Counted from the stretch's first letter, positions 52,825 to 62,528 are shown. The stretch: 64,000 bases of DNA from a virus (IMGVR_UViG_3300027282_000088:18420-82419); one strand, 5' to 3'. Made by a program: numbers and translations. The notes: a model not told the origin generated them from the letters alone.

Positions 52825-55800
52825 TCCTGTTCTTTGCGTTCCTCGTAGGCTTTATCGTAGCACCCGGCGGAGCTATGGCCGAGCCGATTTCCACTGCGAT
52901 TGCCGTTGCGCTGGCGGCATCAAGCGCCGGGGCTGGCACGTTTGCGGCGATTGCTGCGGGGTTCGGTGCACTGGGGGCGTTTGCGACGCGGATCATCGTG
53001 GGCGTGGGCCTCTCGCTGCTCAATCAAGCCTTTGCCAAGAAGCCCAAGGTCAATGGTCAGGGCATCCAGACCGAACAGACCACGACCGGCGACGTGACGC
53101 CGCAGAAATTCATCGTGGGCACAATGGCGGCGGAGGGCCACGCGGTTGCGCCCGCCTATAGCCGCTTCAAGAACAACGGCATCCTGACCTACATTCTCGA
53201 GGTCTCGAACATTCCTGTGCAAGGTCTGACTGGGCGGATCGTCATAAACGGCAAATATTCCGACATCGAGGCCCCCGACAATAGCGCGGGGCCGTTCAAT
53301 GAGGTGCCCGAAAATTCTGGCCGTCGCATCCTGACCGAGTTCCGGCAGGACGACACAGACCCGACCGCGTGGATGTGGTTCTACGACGGGACGCAGACCG
53401 AGGCCGATCCAACGCTGGTGACATACTATGGCGCGCATCCTGACCGTCCTTGGACCACGGATCACGTCCTGCGCGGCACAGCCTATGCGGTGCTGGAATT
53501 CGCGCTGGACCCCGAGATTTATCAGGGCCTGCCCTCTGTCCGGTTCGAGGTGCAGGGCATCAAGCTCTACGATCCGCGCAAGGATACCACCGTGGGCGGC
53601 TCTGGCGCGCATCGGTGGGACAATCCCGCAACTTGGGAGTTCTCAGAAAATCCGCAGGTGATCAATTACAACATCTATCGTGGCATCACCCTGCCCACGG
53701 GCGACATCTGGGGCGGGCAGGTGTCTGCCGAGGATTTGCCACTCGATAACTGGTTTGCGGGCATGAACGAGTGCGACGTCGATATCGGCGGGCGCAAGCA
53801 ATACGTGGCGGGCTTCGAGATCAACGTCGAGGAGATGGCCCCGGTCGATGTGATCGAGGAAATGAACCGCGCCAGCTTTGCCCAGACGGCTGAGTTCGGT
53901 GGCGTGTTCCGGGTGCGCGTGGGTGCGCCCTCGGCCCCGGTGCTGGCTCTCACCGATGCGGATTTCGTAATCACGGAATCCTCGGAGCTCACGCCGTTCC
54001 CGGCGTTCGAGAACGTGACCAACGGCATCACCGGGACTTACGTCGAGCCGAATGATATCTGGGAGGGCCGCGAGGCCGATCTGATCCTGAACGAGGATTG
54101 GGTGGCCGAGGATGGCGGGCAGCGGGTGGCAAGCGTTGGACTGCCTGCGGTGAGCGTCAAGGCGCAGGCGCAGCACCTGCTGAATTCTCTGCTGCTGGAT
54201 GCGCGCCGGTTTGTGACGTTCCAAGTGACCTTGCCGCCGAGTTTCGCGCTGGTCGAGCCGCTGGATTCGATCAGCTTCACGTCCGAGATTTACGGCTACA
54301 CGAACAAGGTGTTCGAGGTGATCGAGGTCGAGGACCGCACCGACACGTTGCTGCAAGTCGTGGTGATGCGCGAGCGCGAGGCCACGGATACAGATTGGGG
54401 GCCGGAGCTCGACGTGCCGGCACCTCTGCCCACCAATGGTCAGACACCGCCTGCGCCGCTTGTGGTGCCGCTGTCAGTGGCTGCGTTTGACCTGTCGGAC
54501 GCAGGCGGCACTGCGCGCCGCCCGGCAATCCTGTTGACCTGGACGATTGAAAGCCTGCCCGCGATCCGCAACCTGAAATATCAGGTGCGCGTGAAGGCCA
54601 CGCAGGAGATCGTCGCAGAGGGCATCAAGCCGGTCGACGGGGGCCGCGTGCTGGTGCGGGGCGACATCATCGCCGCGACGGAATACGAGGTCCGCGCCCG
54701 TTATGTGGCCGACAGCCCGACCGCGTGGACGCCGTGGCTGAGTGTGACCACGCCGGATTTGCGGTTGACGCAAGCGGACCTTGCCGACGCCCTGCGCGAC
54801 CAGATCGACACGGCCTTTGACCGGCATGATGCTGTGCTTGGCGATGCGAACATGCCGCGATCTGTCTCTGACCTGTTCAACCGCGTGGGTGAGGGTGCTG
54901 ATGAGGTTGCCGAGGGACTGCTGCGCGGTTTCCTCGACGGGCAGGCGGTGCGCGAAACAACGGCATTTGGGCGGCGCGAGATTTCCACGCAGGTCGTGGA
55001 CGGTATCAGCGCCGAGGCGAGCGAGCGGCTTCTTCTAGCCTCTAAGGTCGATCAGAACGCCGCCGTGATCACACAGGTGGCTGCAACCCGTGTGACAGCC
55101 GACGGCGCGGTGGCGGCGGTCAATCAGCAGATCGTGGCCAGCTACGGCAGTGTCACGGCGCTGGCAGAGGCTACGGCCTTTGCTGAGGCAACCATAGACG
55201 GCATATCGAGCGGCTTTGTCTGGTCACTTGGCGGCGATGATGTGTTGTCGCTGGTGCGTGTGGATGATGGTGAGACAGAGCCTGTCACGACCGCCCGGAT
55301 CAAGGGCGATTACATCAAACTGGATGGCACTGTCGAAGTTTCCGGCGACTTTGTTCTCGATGGCGATCTGATCCTTGGCGGGTCAATTGTTACGGACAAG
55401 ATCGAAGCAAATGCGACAGGGGCAATTAGCGCCACAACGCTTGGTTCAGATTTTCTGATCACCAGTACTTCTGCCTTTCAAGATGTTCTGACCTTGACGG
55501 CTGCGCACAGCAATCTGCCGAGTGAGCGACACATGATCCTGAACGTCAGGTTTCAGGCGGGGTCACTCAGCCCAGATGATCTGGGCGCTGACGTGGAGTA
55601 TCGCATACTTCGGAACGGGGTGCAGATGGAAGACACGCTTGTCTACCGTCAACGCGTCGAATTGGGCAAAAGGCAACTGCTTGACAGCATGGTTTTCAAG
55701 AACCGCACGACGCCGGGGGCATCCGCGACCACCTACAAATTGCAGGCACGTTACTGGTTTCACCCCGGTGGTCTTAAGGGCGTGCTCGTTCTGCCGGGAA

Positions 55801-55844
55801 CGCAGCTTTTTGCAGAGGAAAAAGCGATTGCCACATTCAGTTAA
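52821..55844 (+). CDS. host-specificity / central tail tip protein (TipJ-like)
   Basis: FYDGTQT.ADP.L, YDPRKD.TVGG.G.HRWDNP.TW; C-terminus unrelated to A's. Confidence 0.85.
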   Translation: MILFFAFLVGFIVAPGGAMAEPISTAIAVALAASSAGAGTFAAIAAGFGALGAFATRIIVGVGLSLLNQAFAKKPKVNGQGIQTEQTTTGDVTPQKFIVGTMAAEGHAVAPAYSRFKNNGILTYILEVSNIPVQGLTGRIVINGKYSDIEAPDNSAGPFNEVPENSGRRILTEFRQDDTDPTAWMWFYDGTQTEADPTLVTYYGAHPDRPWTTDHVLRGTAYAVLEFALDPEIYQGLPSVRFEVQGIKLYDPRKDTTVGGSGAHRWDNPATWEFSENPQVINYNIYRGITLPTGDIWGGQVSAEDLPLDNWFAGMNECDVDIGGRKQYVAGFEINVEEMAPVDVIEEMNRASFAQTAEFGGVFRVRVGAPSAPVLALTDADFVITESSELTPFPAFENVTNGITGTYVEPNDIWEGREADLILNEDWVAEDGGQRVASVGLPAVSVKAQAQHLLNSLLLDARRFVTFQVTLPPSFALVEPLDSISFTSEIYGYTNKVFEVIEVEDRTDTLLQVVVMREREATDTDWGPELDVPAPLPTNGQTPPAPLVVPLSVAAFDLSDAGGTARRPAILLTWTIESLPAIRNLKYQVRVKATQEIVAEGIKPVDGGRVLVRGDIIAATEYEVRARYVADSPTAWTPWLSVTTPDLRLTQADLADALRDQIDTAFDRHDAVLGDANMPRSVSDLFNRVGEGADEVAEGLLRGFLDGQAVRETTAFGRREISTQVVDGISAEASERLLLASKVDQNAAVITQVAATRVTADGAVAAVNQQIVASYGSVTALAEATAFAEATIDGISSGFVWSLGGDDVLSLVRVDDGETEPVTTARIKGDYIKLDGTVEVSGDFVLDGDLILGGSIVTDKIEANATGAISATTLGSDFLITSTSAFQDVLTLTAAHSNLPSERHMILNVRFQAGSLSPDDLGADVEYRILRNGVQMEDTLVYRQRVELGKRQLLDSMVFKNRTTPGASATTYKLQARYWFHPGGLKGVLVLPGTQLFAEEKAIATFS

Positions 55845-55862
55845 CACAGAGCGAGGAACACC

Positions 55863-56708
55863 ATGAGCATCTGGTATCGGACCGGCACGATCAGCATCAC
55901 GAGCGGCAGCGCCGCACTGACGGGCAGCGGCACGGCATGGCTGGCCAACGCCGCACCGGGCATGATGGTGGTACGCAATGGCGTGATTGTCGGCGAGGTT
56001 CTGACTGTCAACAGCAACACCTCGATCACGCTGGCGGTCGCCTATACCGGCACGACGATTAGCGGCGGCAGCTACGCCATTGCCAATCTCGGGGCCGTGC
56101 GCGACGGGCTGATTGCGGCGTTCAACGATGTGATGGCAATATTTGACGCGGCACAGGCTGGCCCGCTTTCTGGCCGGTTTGGCGACGGCACGCTGGCTGA
56201 GCCGGGGGTGGCGTTTCTGGCCGATCTAAACACCGGTTTTCGTCGCCCCGCTGCGGACCAGATCGGCATGGTCACGGGCGGTGTGCAGCGGGCACTTCTG
56301 TCGAGCGCGGGCCTCAACGCGATCACAAACCTGCTGCTCAACGGGTCACAGGTCTTTGCGCGCTCAAACATCCTCGGGACGGTCACTCAGGCCGCAGGTG
56401 TGCCGACCGGCGCGCTGATCGAAAGCGTGTTTGTCGGCGGCAATGGCGAATACACGCGGTTCGCCAATGGCACGCAGATCTGTGCGACGACAGTTGCCAC
56501 CTCGGATGCGGGTGAAGTCGCATGGACCTATCCGGCTGAATTCGCCGTCACCCCGCGCGTGGCGGCCGTGACCACCGGCGGCGGTTCCGTGGCCTTTGCT
56601 CGGGCGTCGAGCGTGACCACAACAACGCTGAATATGAGCACCTTTTTGACCACCAATGCGCGCGTTTCCAGTTTTGCAAACATCGTTGCTGTCGGCCGCT
56701 GGTTCTAA
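55863..56708 (+). CDS. tail fibre protein
   Basis: WYRTGTISITSGS..LTGSGT.W N-terminus; PG..F..D..TG, GTV....G.PTGA.IE, NG.Y.RFANGTQIC...Y P..F. Confidence 0.8.
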   Translation: MSIWYRTGTISITSGSAALTGSGTAWLANAAPGMMVVRNGVIVGEVLTVNSNTSITLAVAYTGTTISGGSYAIANLGAVRDGLIAAFNDVMAIFDAAQAGPLSGRFGDGTLAEPGVAFLADLNTGFRRPAADQIGMVTGGVQRALLSSAGLNAITNLLLNGSQVFARSNILGTVTQAAGVPTGALIESVFVGGNGEYTRFANGTQICATTVATSDAGEVAWTYPAEFAVTPRVAAVTTGGGSVAFARASSVTTTTLNMSTFLTTNARVSSFANIVAVGRWF

Positions 56709-56719
56709 GGAGAGACCCG

Positions 56720-57037
56720 ATGCACATCACACTGATCCCGCAGCGCCGCGCCACCCCCCTGACGGTCACGCGCAACGGCGACATTCTGACACTCAACGGT
56801 GAGACCTTCGATTTCTCGCCCCTGCCAGACGGGGCCACGCTGCCACGCGAGGCGATTGCGAGCAATTGGTTCGCCGGTCCTGTCGAGCGGATCGAGGGCG
56901 TGCTGCACCTGTCGCTGATCGTGCCGTTCGGTTCATCTGCGCCACCGCAGACGATCAATCCCGCGCCCCTCACTCTGACCGGCAACGGCCCGGTGACCCT
57001 TCCGCCCTATGATCTGGAGATCCCCGATGCAGATTGA
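56720..57037 (+). CDS. tail-fibre-associated protein
   Basis: I.LIPQRR...L.V...GD.LT.NGE.FDFS.LP.GA.LP family pattern. Confidence 0.7.
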   Translation: MHITLIPQRRATPLTVTRNGDILTLNGETFDFSPLPDGATLPREAIASNWFAGPVERIEGVLHLSLIVPFGSSAPPQTINPAPLTLTGNGPVTLPPYDLEIPDAD

Positions 57038-57389
57038 TTTCAGCCAGGCGGTCACCGCCGAGGCCAAAGCGCAAGCCGCCGCGTTTGAGCGTGCCACGGC
57101 GATCAGGACCGAGTGCCGCGCGCGCATCCTCGGCGTTGGCTCCGAGACGACGCAAATGAACATCGCGCAGGCGGGCATCCTGTTCTCAACCGCGATCCTC
57201 AATGGCGCTGTGCGTGTCGACGCGCTGGCGCTGGCGGGCCTCATCGAGGGCGACCAGGAGCGCGCCGTTGCATGGACCGCGTGGCGCAAGGCCATGCAGG
57301 CCGAGTGCCGTCGCGCCATCGAGGACGGCGATGTACCCGTCTGGCCAGACGTTCCAACCGGGGTCGCGGAATTCGCGGCCCGACACTGA
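57027..57389 (+). CDS. tail fibre assembly chaperone-like protein
   Basis: C-terminal two-thirds nearly identical to 14580-14921. Confidence 0.6.
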   Translation: MQIDFSQAVTAEAKAQAAAFERATAIRTECRARILGVGSETTQMNIAQAGILFSTAILNGAVRVDALALAGLIEGDQERAVAWTAWRKAMQAECRRAIEDGDVPVWPDVPTGVAEFAARH

Positions 57390-57413
57390 AACCAACCCTG
57401 AAAGGAAACTGAA

Positions 57414-57818
57414 ATGTCGACCTTCTCCACCTACCTCGAAGCTGCCGTGCTCAATCACGTTTTTCGGAACACGGCGATAACCAGCCCCGCCTCCGTGCAT
57501 CTGGCGCTCTTTACGGCCGCGCCCACCGACGCAGGCGGCGGCACCGAAGTGACCGGCAGCGGCTATGCCCGCGCGGCCGTGACCTTTGGCGCGCCTGCTG
57601 CAGATCCGGCGGATGGCACCCGGCAGGCGGTGCTCAACAGCGCCGAGATTGTCTTTGCCACCACGCATGACCCGGTCCAGAGCGTCGTCGCTGTCGGCTA
57701 TTACGACGCGGCGACTGCGGGTAATCTGCTGACCTGGTCGGCAATCACCGCCGCCGATCTGGGCGTGGGCGCGGAGATCAAGTTCCCGGCTTCGAGCCTC
57801 AATGTCTTCCTGTCCTGA
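57414..57818 (+). CDS. phage structural protein (fibre/spike adaptor-like)
   Basis: Paralog of 14955. Confidence 0.7.
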   Translation: MSTFSTYLEAAVLNHVFRNTAITSPASVHLALFTAAPTDAGGGTEVTGSGYARAAVTFGAPAADPADGTRQAVLNSAEIVFATTHDPVQSVVAVGYYDAATAGNLLTWSAITAADLGVGAEIKFPASSLNVFLS

Positions 57819-58036
57819 TGACCCGCGTCGCCTATGAGAGCAACGGCGGTCCGGTGGTGGATGGCGTACGCGCCATCCACGCCTGGAACGCGGCTCTCAT
57901 GGCGGCAGTCGACCTGCTCGAAAAATACGAGCGTCCGAATATCAGCTTGAAAACCCTGAGTTCTGACAGTTTCGGGGCGGGCCAGTTGGACCTCGCTGCG
58001 ACACTCAAACGAGAGCTTCGCGCTCTCAAGCTATGA
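57818..58036 (+). CDS. hypothetical protein (72 aa)
   Basis: Paralog of 15359. Confidence 0.7.
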   Translation: MTRVAYESNGGPVVDGVRAIHAWNAALMAAVDLLEKYERPNISLKTLSSDSFGAGQLDLAATLKRELRALKL

Positions 58037-58058
58037 CATCACATGAGGGCTGCCAACG

Positions 58059-59483
58059 ATGGCACTGATCACGACCAATCTCAAAGTCCAGTTCGAGACA
58101 ACCAATACGGTTGTGTCGCCTACTCTGTGGGTGGATGAGATTGCCGGGATCGAGCTGACGCAACTCGGGGCCATGTCCGAGCCTACGCTGCGCACGGCCG
58201 AAGAGGGGACGCCGACTGGCGCAGCTTATTTCAGTTTTGATAGCAGCAATGACGGGCTGGGGACTGTCGACCTGGCGGGCGAGGACATACCGGACGGGGT
58301 AGAGCCTCGCACAATGTATGTGGTTGTTCGTTTCCCGCCGGGGACTAGCGCCGGTAATTTCAACGGGGTCATGTATGGCGCCCCGACCACACGGCAAGCC
58401 TTTGGGACCGTGCTCAGCAACACCGAAAAGGTGCTGACCGATTTCTGGGCCGCCAGTTTCGCATCCGCTGCCAACTTTAACGACGACACCTGGCACATCA
58501 TTTCGATCACTTTCAACGGGTCGGGTGTCGTCGGATACGTTGACAACGCTGGCGTCATTTCCGGCACACCCGCCACGCTCAACACCATTCTGTCCAAGCT
58601 ATATATTAACTACAAACTGAGCGACAACGCAGGCGCGCTGATGGATTGCGCTGCGGTGCTGATTTATGCCGGCGCGCACACCGCGCCGCAGCTCACTGAG
58701 ATGTTCAACTACCTCAACGGTAAGTACATCACGCCTGGCGCTTCTGGCATCTCAGAGCGCACTGCGTCCAGTGGCGGCACCTTTGGTCTGACCGCCTCTC
58801 CTGCCTCTGTGCTCTTGCGGGCCGCGTCGAGCGAAGGCGCGTCGGGTGCCTCTGCGGCCTCTGTTGCCGTGCAGGGTCGCGCTGCGATCTCCGGCGGGGC
58901 TTCCGGTGCCGACGCAGCACCGACGCGCGTCTCCGGGCGCGCTGGAGCATCAGGCGGCCTCTCTGGCGCGTCCGCAAGCCCCGTCCAGATCGTCACGCGC
59001 AGCGCGTCGGGCGGCGGCGCATCCGGGGCCATCGCCACCCCTCAGACAACCGGACAGGTCGCGCGATCCGCGACCTGCGGTGGCACCTCTGGCGCGAGTG
59101 CCGCGCCGGTGTCTGTAGGATCGCGCGCTGCAGCCTCCGGGGGCGCCTCTGGCACCGGGGCCATGGCCGCGCATGTCAGCGTCAGAGAGGCCGCGTCAGG
59201 CGGGCTGTCCGGGGCAGAGGCCACACCCACCGCAATCACTCAGCGCGCAGCCAACGCGGGCGGCGTGTCCGGCGTGATAGCCGCACCCGCGCGGATCGCG
59301 GCCCGGTCTGCGGTCTCCGGAGGCACGTCTGGGTCAGAGGCCACACCCGCTGACACGAGCCGGGTGGTGGACTTCCGGGCCACGGCCCTCTGGGATGAGC
59401 CTCAATTTACGGCCCTTTGGGATGAACCGAGCTTTACCGCCCTTTGGGATGAGCCACGTTTTGTGGCCACATGGAGAGACTGA
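58059..59483 (+). CDS. putative fibre: lectin-like domain plus 10 ~20-aa repeats and ALWDEP x3
   Basis: Paralog of 15600. Confidence 0.65.
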   Translation: MALITTNLKVQFETTNTVVSPTLWVDEIAGIELTQLGAMSEPTLRTAEEGTPTGAAYFSFDSSNDGLGTVDLAGEDIPDGVEPRTMYVVVRFPPGTSAGNFNGVMYGAPTTRQAFGTVLSNTEKVLTDFWAASFASAANFNDDTWHIISITFNGSGVVGYVDNAGVISGTPATLNTILSKLYINYKLSDNAGALMDCAAVLIYAGAHTAPQLTEMFNYLNGKYITPGASGISERTASSGGTFGLTASPASVLLRAASSEGASGASAASVAVQGRAAISGGASGADAAPTRVSGRAGASGGLSGASASPVQIVTRSASGGGASGAIATPQTTGQVARSATCGGTSGASAAPVSVGSRAAASGGASGTGAMAAHVSVREAASGGLSGAEATPTAITQRAANAGGVSGVIAAPARIAARSAVSGGTSGSEATPADTSRVVDFRATALWDEPQFTALWDEPSFTALWDEPRFVATWRD

Positions 59484-59776
59484 TGGATAAGATGGAGACC
59501 TTCGAGAAAAACACCTATTCCGCCGAAATCACGTTCCTCAGGAAGGACAGCACCGCGCCCGATCTCGGCGGGGCCGCTGTGGAGGCATGGGCGGTCGGCG
59601 CTGGCCCCACCATCCCCTTGGGGGCGAGTGTCCTGGACGGCGCGGCGGGTAAGGTGCGCGTGTTCTGGCCTGCGGAGACATTCTCGGCGGGGCTCTACGA
59701 GGTCCAGCTGCGCGCCTCGAAAGGCGGCAAGACGGAAACCTATGCGGCGCGCCTGACCGTCGGCCGGTCGATCTGA
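59483..59776 (+). CDS. small beta-rich structural protein (BppU N-terminal-like)
   Basis: Paralog of 17069. Confidence 0.55.
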   Translation: MDKMETFEKNTYSAEITFLRKDSTAPDLGGAAVEAWAVGAGPTIPLGASVLDGAAGKVRVFWPAETFSAGLYEVQLRASKGGKTETYAARLTVGRSI

Positions 59777-59948
59777 AGACATTCCCCAATGAGTGGGGAT
59801 TTCCCGGTGGCCCTGAGCGGCCGCCCTACAGGAGGCCCCGAGCGCGCTGGAGGGCACGCCCGGGGACGCGGGGCCAGTCACCAAACTTCAACCCCGCCGA
59901 CCAGTCAGACCTCATGGCCGCTCCCTGCCCCAAGGGGGCGGCGGGACT

Positions 59949-60167
59949 ATGAGGCGATTCGATTTGGAAGGTCTAGAACTGCGTTGCTGCGCCTGCGGCC
60001 GTTTGCTATTTAAATATGAGAGAGGCGCGCAAATATCCGGCGTCTCGATCAAATGCCCGCGCTGCCGGGCGATGAATATCCTGAGGCCAAGAGCCCTTCC
60101 CCCAACGCGCGATGCGCAGAGAGAAGGAGCCAGACTTGGCCAGATCGACCACACTCCCGAAACCTGA
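59949..60167 (+). CDS. com: Mu Com-like zinc-finger regulator
   Basis: CACGRLLFK...IKCPRC. Confidence 0.85.
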   Translation: MRRFDLEGLELRCCACGRLLFKYERGAQISGVSIKCPRCRAMNILRPRALPPTRDAQREGARLGQIDHTPET

Positions 60168-60318
60168 CCTGCCGCCCGGTGCGCCGGGCCTGCCCAAAGG
60201 CGTCCGTTACAGGCGGCAATATGGCGTCATTGTCCTCCTCGAGGACGAGGCCGCCCAAGTCGACGCCTTCGGCCGCCTGCGCCGTCAGGGCTTCAAATGC
60301 CGCGTGGTGGTGACATGA
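60136..60318 (+). CDS. small conserved protein coupled to the ABC-GNAT gene
   Basis: AAGGAG plus TTG; paralog of 17721. Confidence 0.75.
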   Translation: MARSTTLPKPDLPPGAPGLPKGVRYRRQYGVIVLLEDEAAQVDAFGRLRRQGFKCRVVVT

Positions 60319-61424
60319 AGCTCGCCATTCACCACGCCAGCCCCATCCCGGACACCTACCGCGCGGCCCGGGTCTCCAGCCTCTTCAACGTCGAGGGCGA
60401 CGCGGATTTCCGCCTCGAGGTCGAGGCTGATTTGGCGGCACGCCCGTGGCAGATCGGCCTCATCGTCGGCCCCTCGGGCAGCGGGAAATCCTCGCTCGCC
60501 CGCGAAGCCTTTGGCGCTGAGCTTGATCCGCGCCCGTGGCCCGAGGGCGCGCTGATCGACGCGATTGATCCCGAGGGGGAATTTGATGCTGTCGCGGCGG
60601 CGCTCTCGGCCGTGGGCCTTGGCACGGTGCCGAGCTGGCTGCGCCCCTTCCGCCACCTCTCGACCGGCGAGCAGTTCCGGGCCGAGCTCGCGCGCATTCT
60701 CGCCGAGCGGCCGAGCTTTGCCATTCTCGACGAGTTCACCTCGACCATCGACCGGCGCGTGGCCCAGATCGGGGCGGCCGCCTTTGCCAAGGCATGGCGA
60801 CGCGGCCCCGGCCAGTTCGTCGCCGTCACCTGTCACGAGGACGTGGTGTCCTGGTTGCAGCCCGATTGGGTGATCGACACCCGCCGGGCTGAGTTCCGCT
60901 GGAGGCGTCTTCGACGGGCACCGCGCATTGCCATGGACATTCACCAGACGGACGGCTCCTTCTGGCCCGCCTTTGAGCCGCATCACTACCTGAAGCTGCC
61001 CCGCATGATCGCGGCCAATTACTACGTGGGCTTTGTCGACGGCGCACCCGTGGCGCATCTCGCCGTCTCGACCCGACCGGGGCTGGTCGAGGGCCGCGCC
61101 TGTCGCCTCGTCGTCATGCCCGAGTGGCAGGGCGCGGGGCTGGGCTTGCGGTTTCTCAACGAGGTCTGCGCCCTCTGGCGGCGCGGCGTGAACCGCTACG
61201 AGAGGCCCATGCCGATGCTCTTTCACACTTCGCACCCCGGCCTTGCCGCCGCCCTGCGCCGCGATCCCCTCTGGGCGCAGGTCTCGGCCATCCTCTACGC
61301 CGAATCGAAGGAGCGCAGCATGAAGACCCTCGCCGCCGCCCGGGCGCGCAAGGGGCTCAAGCCCGCCGGGTCAGGTTATGGCGGGCATTTTCGCGCCGTG
61401 CAGGGGTTTCGCTATGTGGAGTGA
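60315..61424 (+). CDS. ABC-type ATPase fused to a GNAT acetyltransferase
   Basis: 8 substitutions in 369 aa versus 17900-19009. Confidence 0.85.
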   Translation: MKLAIHHASPIPDTYRAARVSSLFNVEGDADFRLEVEADLAARPWQIGLIVGPSGSGKSSLAREAFGAELDPRPWPEGALIDAIDPEGEFDAVAAALSAVGLGTVPSWLRPFRHLSTGEQFRAELARILAERPSFAILDEFTSTIDRRVAQIGAAAFAKAWRRGPGQFVAVTCHEDVVSWLQPDWVIDTRRAEFRWRRLRRAPRIAMDIHQTDGSFWPAFEPHHYLKLPRMIAANYYVGFVDGAPVAHLAVSTRPGLVEGRACRLVVMPEWQGAGLGLRFLNEVCALWRRGVNRYERPMPMLFHTSHPGLAAALRRDPLWAQVSAILYAESKERSMKTLAAARARKGLKPAGSGYGGHFRAVQGFRYVE

Positions 61425-61435
61425 AAGGGGTTTAG

Positions 61436-61458
61436 GTGGGTGTTGAAGGGGCATTTAA
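61436..61458 (-). repeat. tandem 11-12 bp motif
   Basis: Reverse complement ttaaatgcccc-ttcaacacccac after the ABC-GNAT stop. Confidence 0.65.
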
Positions 61459-61642
61459 AAAGGCCGCTGGGCTTTCGAAACTGCCTCCCGCGTTCCCTAC
61501 CTTAAGATACCGCACCGGCGTTTCCTGAAGCGGTCAATCGCTCAAAATCGCTGCAACTCCAGCGAGATTCTGCCGGCCACTGAATGGTCATAGCACAACC
61601 AATGGTATAAGCGGCCGTTTCCATCATGCACAGGACCCACTC

Positions 61643-62068
61643 TTGCTCTATCAACTCGCCTATGTAAGCTCCGCTCGATCACCGCTCGGTCAGGAAACTT
61701 TGTCTGACATCCTTGAGGTCTCTCAGCGCAATAACGCGAGGGATCAGATCACCGGCGTTCTCATGTATCATGACCAACTTTTTTTCCAGGTCCTGGAGGG
61801 GGAGAAGGCTGTAGTCGAAGACTGCTATTATAGGAGGATTGTCCACGATCATCGTCACAGTAACTTGTCACTCACTTGGAGCGATGGCGTTGAAAGACGA
61901 ACATTTTCGGACTGGTTGATGGGGTATGCCGGGCCTGACGAAATTGGCCAGTTTACCAGAGGCAAGTTCCACTCCTTGGAGGAATTGAAGACTGACAATG
62001 GCTTGAACGAGCCTGTCAAACATGTGGCTCTAGAGCTTGCCCTTTTAATGTTCCGCGACTCTCGATGA
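61643..62068 (+). CDS. BLUF-domain blue-light sensor
   Basis: L.YVS, IL..S.RNN....ITG.L.Y....FFQVLEG, I..D.RH, R.F.DW.M motifs; TTG start. Confidence 0.9.
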   Translation: MLYQLAYVSSARSPLGQETLSDILEVSQRNNARDQITGVLMYHDQLFFQVLEGEKAVVEDCYYRRIVHDHRHSNLSLTWSDGVERRTFSDWLMGYAGPDEIGQFTRGKFHSLEELKTDNGLNEPVKHVALELALLMFRDSR

Positions 62069-62120
62069 CCTGAGCCCCGCATCGCTTCCATCTCAAACGC
62101 CGCGCGCTAAGCCGCAAGTG

Positions 62121-62342
62121 AAACCGATGCCGATGCTCTTTCACACCTCGCACCCCGGCCTCGCCGCAGCGCTCCGCCGCGATCCCCTCTGGGCACAGGT
62201 CTCGGCCATCCTCTACGCCGAGTCCAAGGAGCGTAGCATGAAGACCCTCGCCGCCGCCCGGGCGCGCAAAGGCCTCAAACCCGCCGGGACCGGCTACGGC
62301 GGCCATTTCCGCGCCGTGCAGGGGTTTCGGTATGTGGAGTGA
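62121..62342 (+). pseudogene. 3' remnant of a third ABC-GNAT allele
   Basis: KPMPMLFHTSHPG...FRYVE* with no N-terminal part; mixes A-type, B-type and unique residues. Confidence 0.85.
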
Positions 62343-62366
62343 GGGGGGTGTTTAGGGGGGTGTTAA
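62343..62366 (-). repeat. tandem 12 bp motif
   Basis: ggggggtgttta-ggggggtgttaa after the remnant stop. Confidence 0.7.
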
Positions 62367-62528
62367 ATGCCCGGTTAGACGGACTGTCGAACGTTGGCCG
62401 GTTTAAAACCGCTGCGGACTTTTGCGGTACACCGACACAAGGTACTCTAGTACCGATGAACGATGCATTCAAATGCTAGGCTTCAGTCGCACATCGCGAA
62501 AGCCGTCTCGCAATAAGGTAGGTTCTTT

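Larger units (their letters stand above)
22396..61458 (+). mobile_element. Mu-like transposable prophage B (near complete; right end not located)
   Basis: Repressor, ner, MuA, MuB, GemA, Mor/C, lysis, terminase, portal, F, I, capsid, tail and com in Mu order. Confidence 0.92.

Noticed and set aside
55844-57400. Mu-style invertible G segment
   Set aside because: No invertase gene, no reverse-oriented fibre genes and no flanking inverted repeats seen.
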